Source of the DNA: Basidiobolus meristosporus CBS 931.73
Lineage: Eukaryota; Fungi; Basidiobolomycota
Length of the DNA: 64,000 bases
Reading direction: 5' to 3'
NCBI GenBank assembly: GCA_002104905.1
Contig: MCFE01000408.1
Span: 1 to 64,000, forward strand
Positions 60,969-64,000 of the stretch are shown piece after piece. Both the position numbers and the translations under genes were made by a program. Under the pieces are notes generated by a model, which saw only the letters and a program-made list of their open reading frames with translations, was not told the DNA's origin and did no database searches. Numbering within the stretch: position 1 is the stretch's first letter; the number at the start of each line of letters is the position of its first letter.

Positions 60969-62962
60969 ACATGAAAATACTTAACTAGTATACCACGGAA
61001 TATCATTTCCAATATACCCCAATATCGCTAGGACCGTAAAGGCACTATATGTAAATATTTCTGTCGAGGCGCTTCCCTGTACTTTGTAAATACGGTATTA
61101 TAGCTGTACTTTTGAATCCCCCAACTCTACTATCTAGTAAATCATGCTCATGATTCTTGACGTGGCGTAGCCCAAAACGACTCGCCCATCGTGGGCGTGT
61201 AGCGTAAGGTACATTCTATTTTTAAAGCGAATCCCGTTTTATTGGTGTAATCCACGTAATTGATGCATGAGGTTGAATGCCTAACCTGACTAAGAAATAA
61301 CCATCTTGATTACATTCGGGCTCCCTACCGCTTATCCCGCAATCCGATCCAACACATCATCTGGTTTTGATGGTAGATTTTCAATGCACTGTCCGGACGA
61401 ATGGCATACGTGATGGAATCAACACGCTCAGCAATAGATATACATCATTACCACATTTGTGTTAATTTGACTACCAATACGGCGTCTGCTGGCATAGTTA
61501 ATATAGGCTGTCTTGGATTAATAACAGCACCTGAGTTCGATGTTTGTTAATCTATTCCCGTCCCATGTCAAATATATCAAGGTAGCGCGCTAGCAGCTCT
61601 CTCTATAAATCAATGGTTTCATTTTACTGCATTAACCGGTTATATTGCTCACTTCTGGAGGCTGATTTCCCCAGAGTTCGGGGGCGATATTGCGATGGAA
61701 AAACTCCCAGGTTACCATAGTTTGCTAATGCAAATATGGTTTGATTCAATCCGTTGTAATCACGAACACTCCGCTACAGATAGTTGTACTACACAAGTAG
61801 CCTGCACACCCAATTATATCGGAATAGCCACGGGGAGCAAGTAATCGCTGGGTCTATCATACGATCAATATGACTGTTAACTTGACTATCTACAGAATCA
61901 ATTTACTGGATAAATGCATCTCTATCGATCGTCCATGGGCAAGGTCCGATCTCCACACTTTGTTGGCTGTCGATAGTCAAACCATTCCAACGGATATATA
62001 TATGGATATATCCGAACCGATAAAGTAATATGCAAGAAGGCTAGAGATTTTTACATGAGTTGATTTGGAGTGGACACTGGACGCGAGAGCTGAGCACGAT
62101 CATGAATGGAGGCAAGCCAGCAGGTGGCCTCCAAACAGAGCAATCCGTTTGGCACTTGAACCCATCCATATTGACTCGGAGATTTTTGTGTGGAGTAGCT
62201 AGACAGTGGTGATTCACTGGAAATCCGCTATGATTGTAGATTTACACAACTCAGTGGCTTGGATATAATATTCCCCGACCCTGATAAAAGTACTTGGTCA
62301 ACTTTGATACCCCTTTTACAATTTCCAAATCAAGCCTATGTAGTCTCGCATCAACCCTCTAGTTTACTATCCGTCTGACAGCATTCTAATAATTCTGATC
62401 TAGTTAAGCTGTACTGGATTTCTCCCGAGGTTCTCCGGTTCCGCCACTTCACCGCCTGTTCTTTGGAAGCCCTACTACGATGCGAGCAATATTGGCAATT
62501 GGCTGGAAAAAGAAACATGCAGAAACTGTGCTAGAGTATTCCTGAACAGCAACTGAAAGAGCATTCAATTATAGGGAAAGCGTAGATGATTATGATAAAC
62601 AAGCTTCTGAAGCAGTCTTGCTTTTTATTAGGATGCGTGATGGTAAAACTGCGAGGTGGGGGTGATGAATGTACAGATCATGATGCCAGTGGGCATATGT
62701 GTAGTGGGCTTATTTAATCTATGCCTACCAGAACTTTCCGACTCCGCCTTACATAGGATAGTGGGCATACAATACAAGTATGATTGTTTAGGATGTTTAG
62801 TGAAGAGTTACTGATAGTTAGGAACATATATCCGTGATTATTGGGAAGCTGCCGTGTAAACACGCCTTCCCATCACCTAACCATGGTATGGTACAAACTA
62901 ACAGCAAAACTATGCTGGAGGCAACGCTACCAAAAGATCCTATACACTCTGTGGATCAATAT

Positions 62963-63571
62963 CTACATAAGACGACATTTGCTCTTGACCTTGTTCAAGG
63001 TGCATATCTTCTTGCGAAGCGAGCCTCCATTCTCGTTCGATCGCATCATCCGAACAATCCGGTGGAAGGCTCGCTCCACATTCGTCGATGTCTTTGCCGA
63101 GCTCTCAATGAAATGGCAGCCCAGCCGCTTGGCTAGTGCGCTCCCCTCGAAGTGGGAGACCTCACGCTCCGTGTTCCGGTCGCATTTGTTTCCAACCAGC
63201 AGGATCGGGGTCTTTTTGATGTCGCGCACTCGCGCGATCTCATTCCGAATCATCTCCACATGCTCGAAGGTGGATCGGACCGCGATACAGTAGACGAGCA
63301 AGAAGCCCTCCCCTTCGCGAATCCATTGATCCCGAAGCGAGGTGAATTCTTGCTGCCCGGCGGTGTCCAGGATCTCCAGCATGCATGGCTTTTTATCGAT
63401 GACCGCCTGTGTGCGGAAGCAGTCCTCGATGGTTGGGTTGTAGGTCTCGAGGAAGTGCGCCGAACACAGCTGGACTGTCAGCGCTGTCTTTCCAACTGCT
63501 CCATCCCCTAGTAATACAATTTTATGTAATTGAAGTTCCTTCATTCCAATTTTTGGAGTACTCTTGCTCAC
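62963..63571 (-). CDS. ras2: Ras-family GTPase, fungal Ras2/RasB-like, copy 2 (start may be ATG 63544, giving 193 aa)
   Basis: Same motifs as copy 1; differs only in the N-terminal residues (MKELQLHKI vs MKDIRPHKV) and A/T near the C-terminus; convergent orientation. Confidence 0.92.
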   Translation of the reverse strand: MSKSTPKIGMKELQLHKIVLLGDGAVGKTALTVQLCSAHFLETYNPTIEDCFRTQAVIDKKPCMLEILDTAGQQEFTSLRDQWIREGEGFLLVYCIAVRSTFEHVEMIRNEIARVRDIKKTPILLVGNKCDRNTEREVSHFEGSALAKRLGCHFIESSAKTSTNVERAFHRIVRMMRSNENGGSLRKKICTLNKVKSKCRLM

Positions 63572-64000
63572 TATATCTAGGCTCTCTATCTACTGTATCT
63601 ATGGATTCCAAAGAGGTCAAGAGACAAGAGCGAATGAATACCCAGAGGAATATCAAATCGAATGATGGAGCAGTGGGTTTCGACAGCCCTTACACCACTT
63701 ATATACCTCCAACCAGGCAATGGACGCATATTTCATTGGCAATGGGGACTGAGAAATCAAGTCATACAACCCGGTATGTTCTTGATTCTAGTCGATAATT
63801 GGAAACTTTTGATAGTACATTTTAGGTTTTAACCATAATCACTTACAATTCCATGGCAAGATCGGATCTAACCTCCAGTTTCATATATTCCATGGGCAAA
63901 TAAGCTTGAGAATAATTTATACCGCGTATGTAATATCGATTGGCCATTGCTAGTGAGCTTTGATAATCAAGAGCCTGCCAGGTGCAAGCCCTTGAAAAAG

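Noticed and set aside
61922-62014. Small inverted repeats near the centre of the Ras spacer (CTATCGA..TCGATAG; CGGATATA..TATATCCG)
   Set aside because: 7-8 bp arms, partly TA microsatellite, and not exactly at the symmetry axis (~61965); expected by chance.
60420-63511. Duplicated antisense ORFs over the Ras genes (60420-60779, 60638-61012, 62841-63293, 63152-63511)
   Set aside because: Shadows of the GC-rich Ras coding sequence; identical only because the Ras copies are.

Overview
Eukaryotic DNA, almost certainly fungal (short 55-70 bp GT-AG introns with CTAAC branch sites, fungal Ras2-type and XIP-type genes). An early-diverging lineage is plausible but cannot be fixed from sequence alone. 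The window has two compartments. (1) Bases 1 to ~40,450 are a densely nested, strongly CpG-depleted transposon graveyard. It holds two Ty1/copia families primed from the anticodon loop of tRNA-iMet, two Ty3/gypsy families, a CACTA/EnSpm-superfamily element with CCC termini and a divergent accessory gene, and a PIF/Harbinger-ISL2EU-like DDE element with its 210-bp MITE. Most insertion boundaries resolve to the base through TSDs. The youngest element (gypsy, 28372-35143, LTRs ~98% identical) still has its CpGs, is being inactivated almost entirely by CpG transitions, and carries a ~390-codon extra ORF of unrecognised type between integrase and the 3' LTR. (2) Bases ~40,460-64,000 have normal CpG content and host genes: a multi-exon coiled-coil protein, a bacterial-type MscS channel and a YdcZ-like DMT transporter (both with introns), a secreted PI-PLC-like phosphodiesterase, an XIP-type aquaporin with an atypical NPAK motif, and two convergent Ras2-like genes whose coding regions (but not flanks) are nearly identical. 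Coordinates and difference counts were read by eye; no database searches were run.
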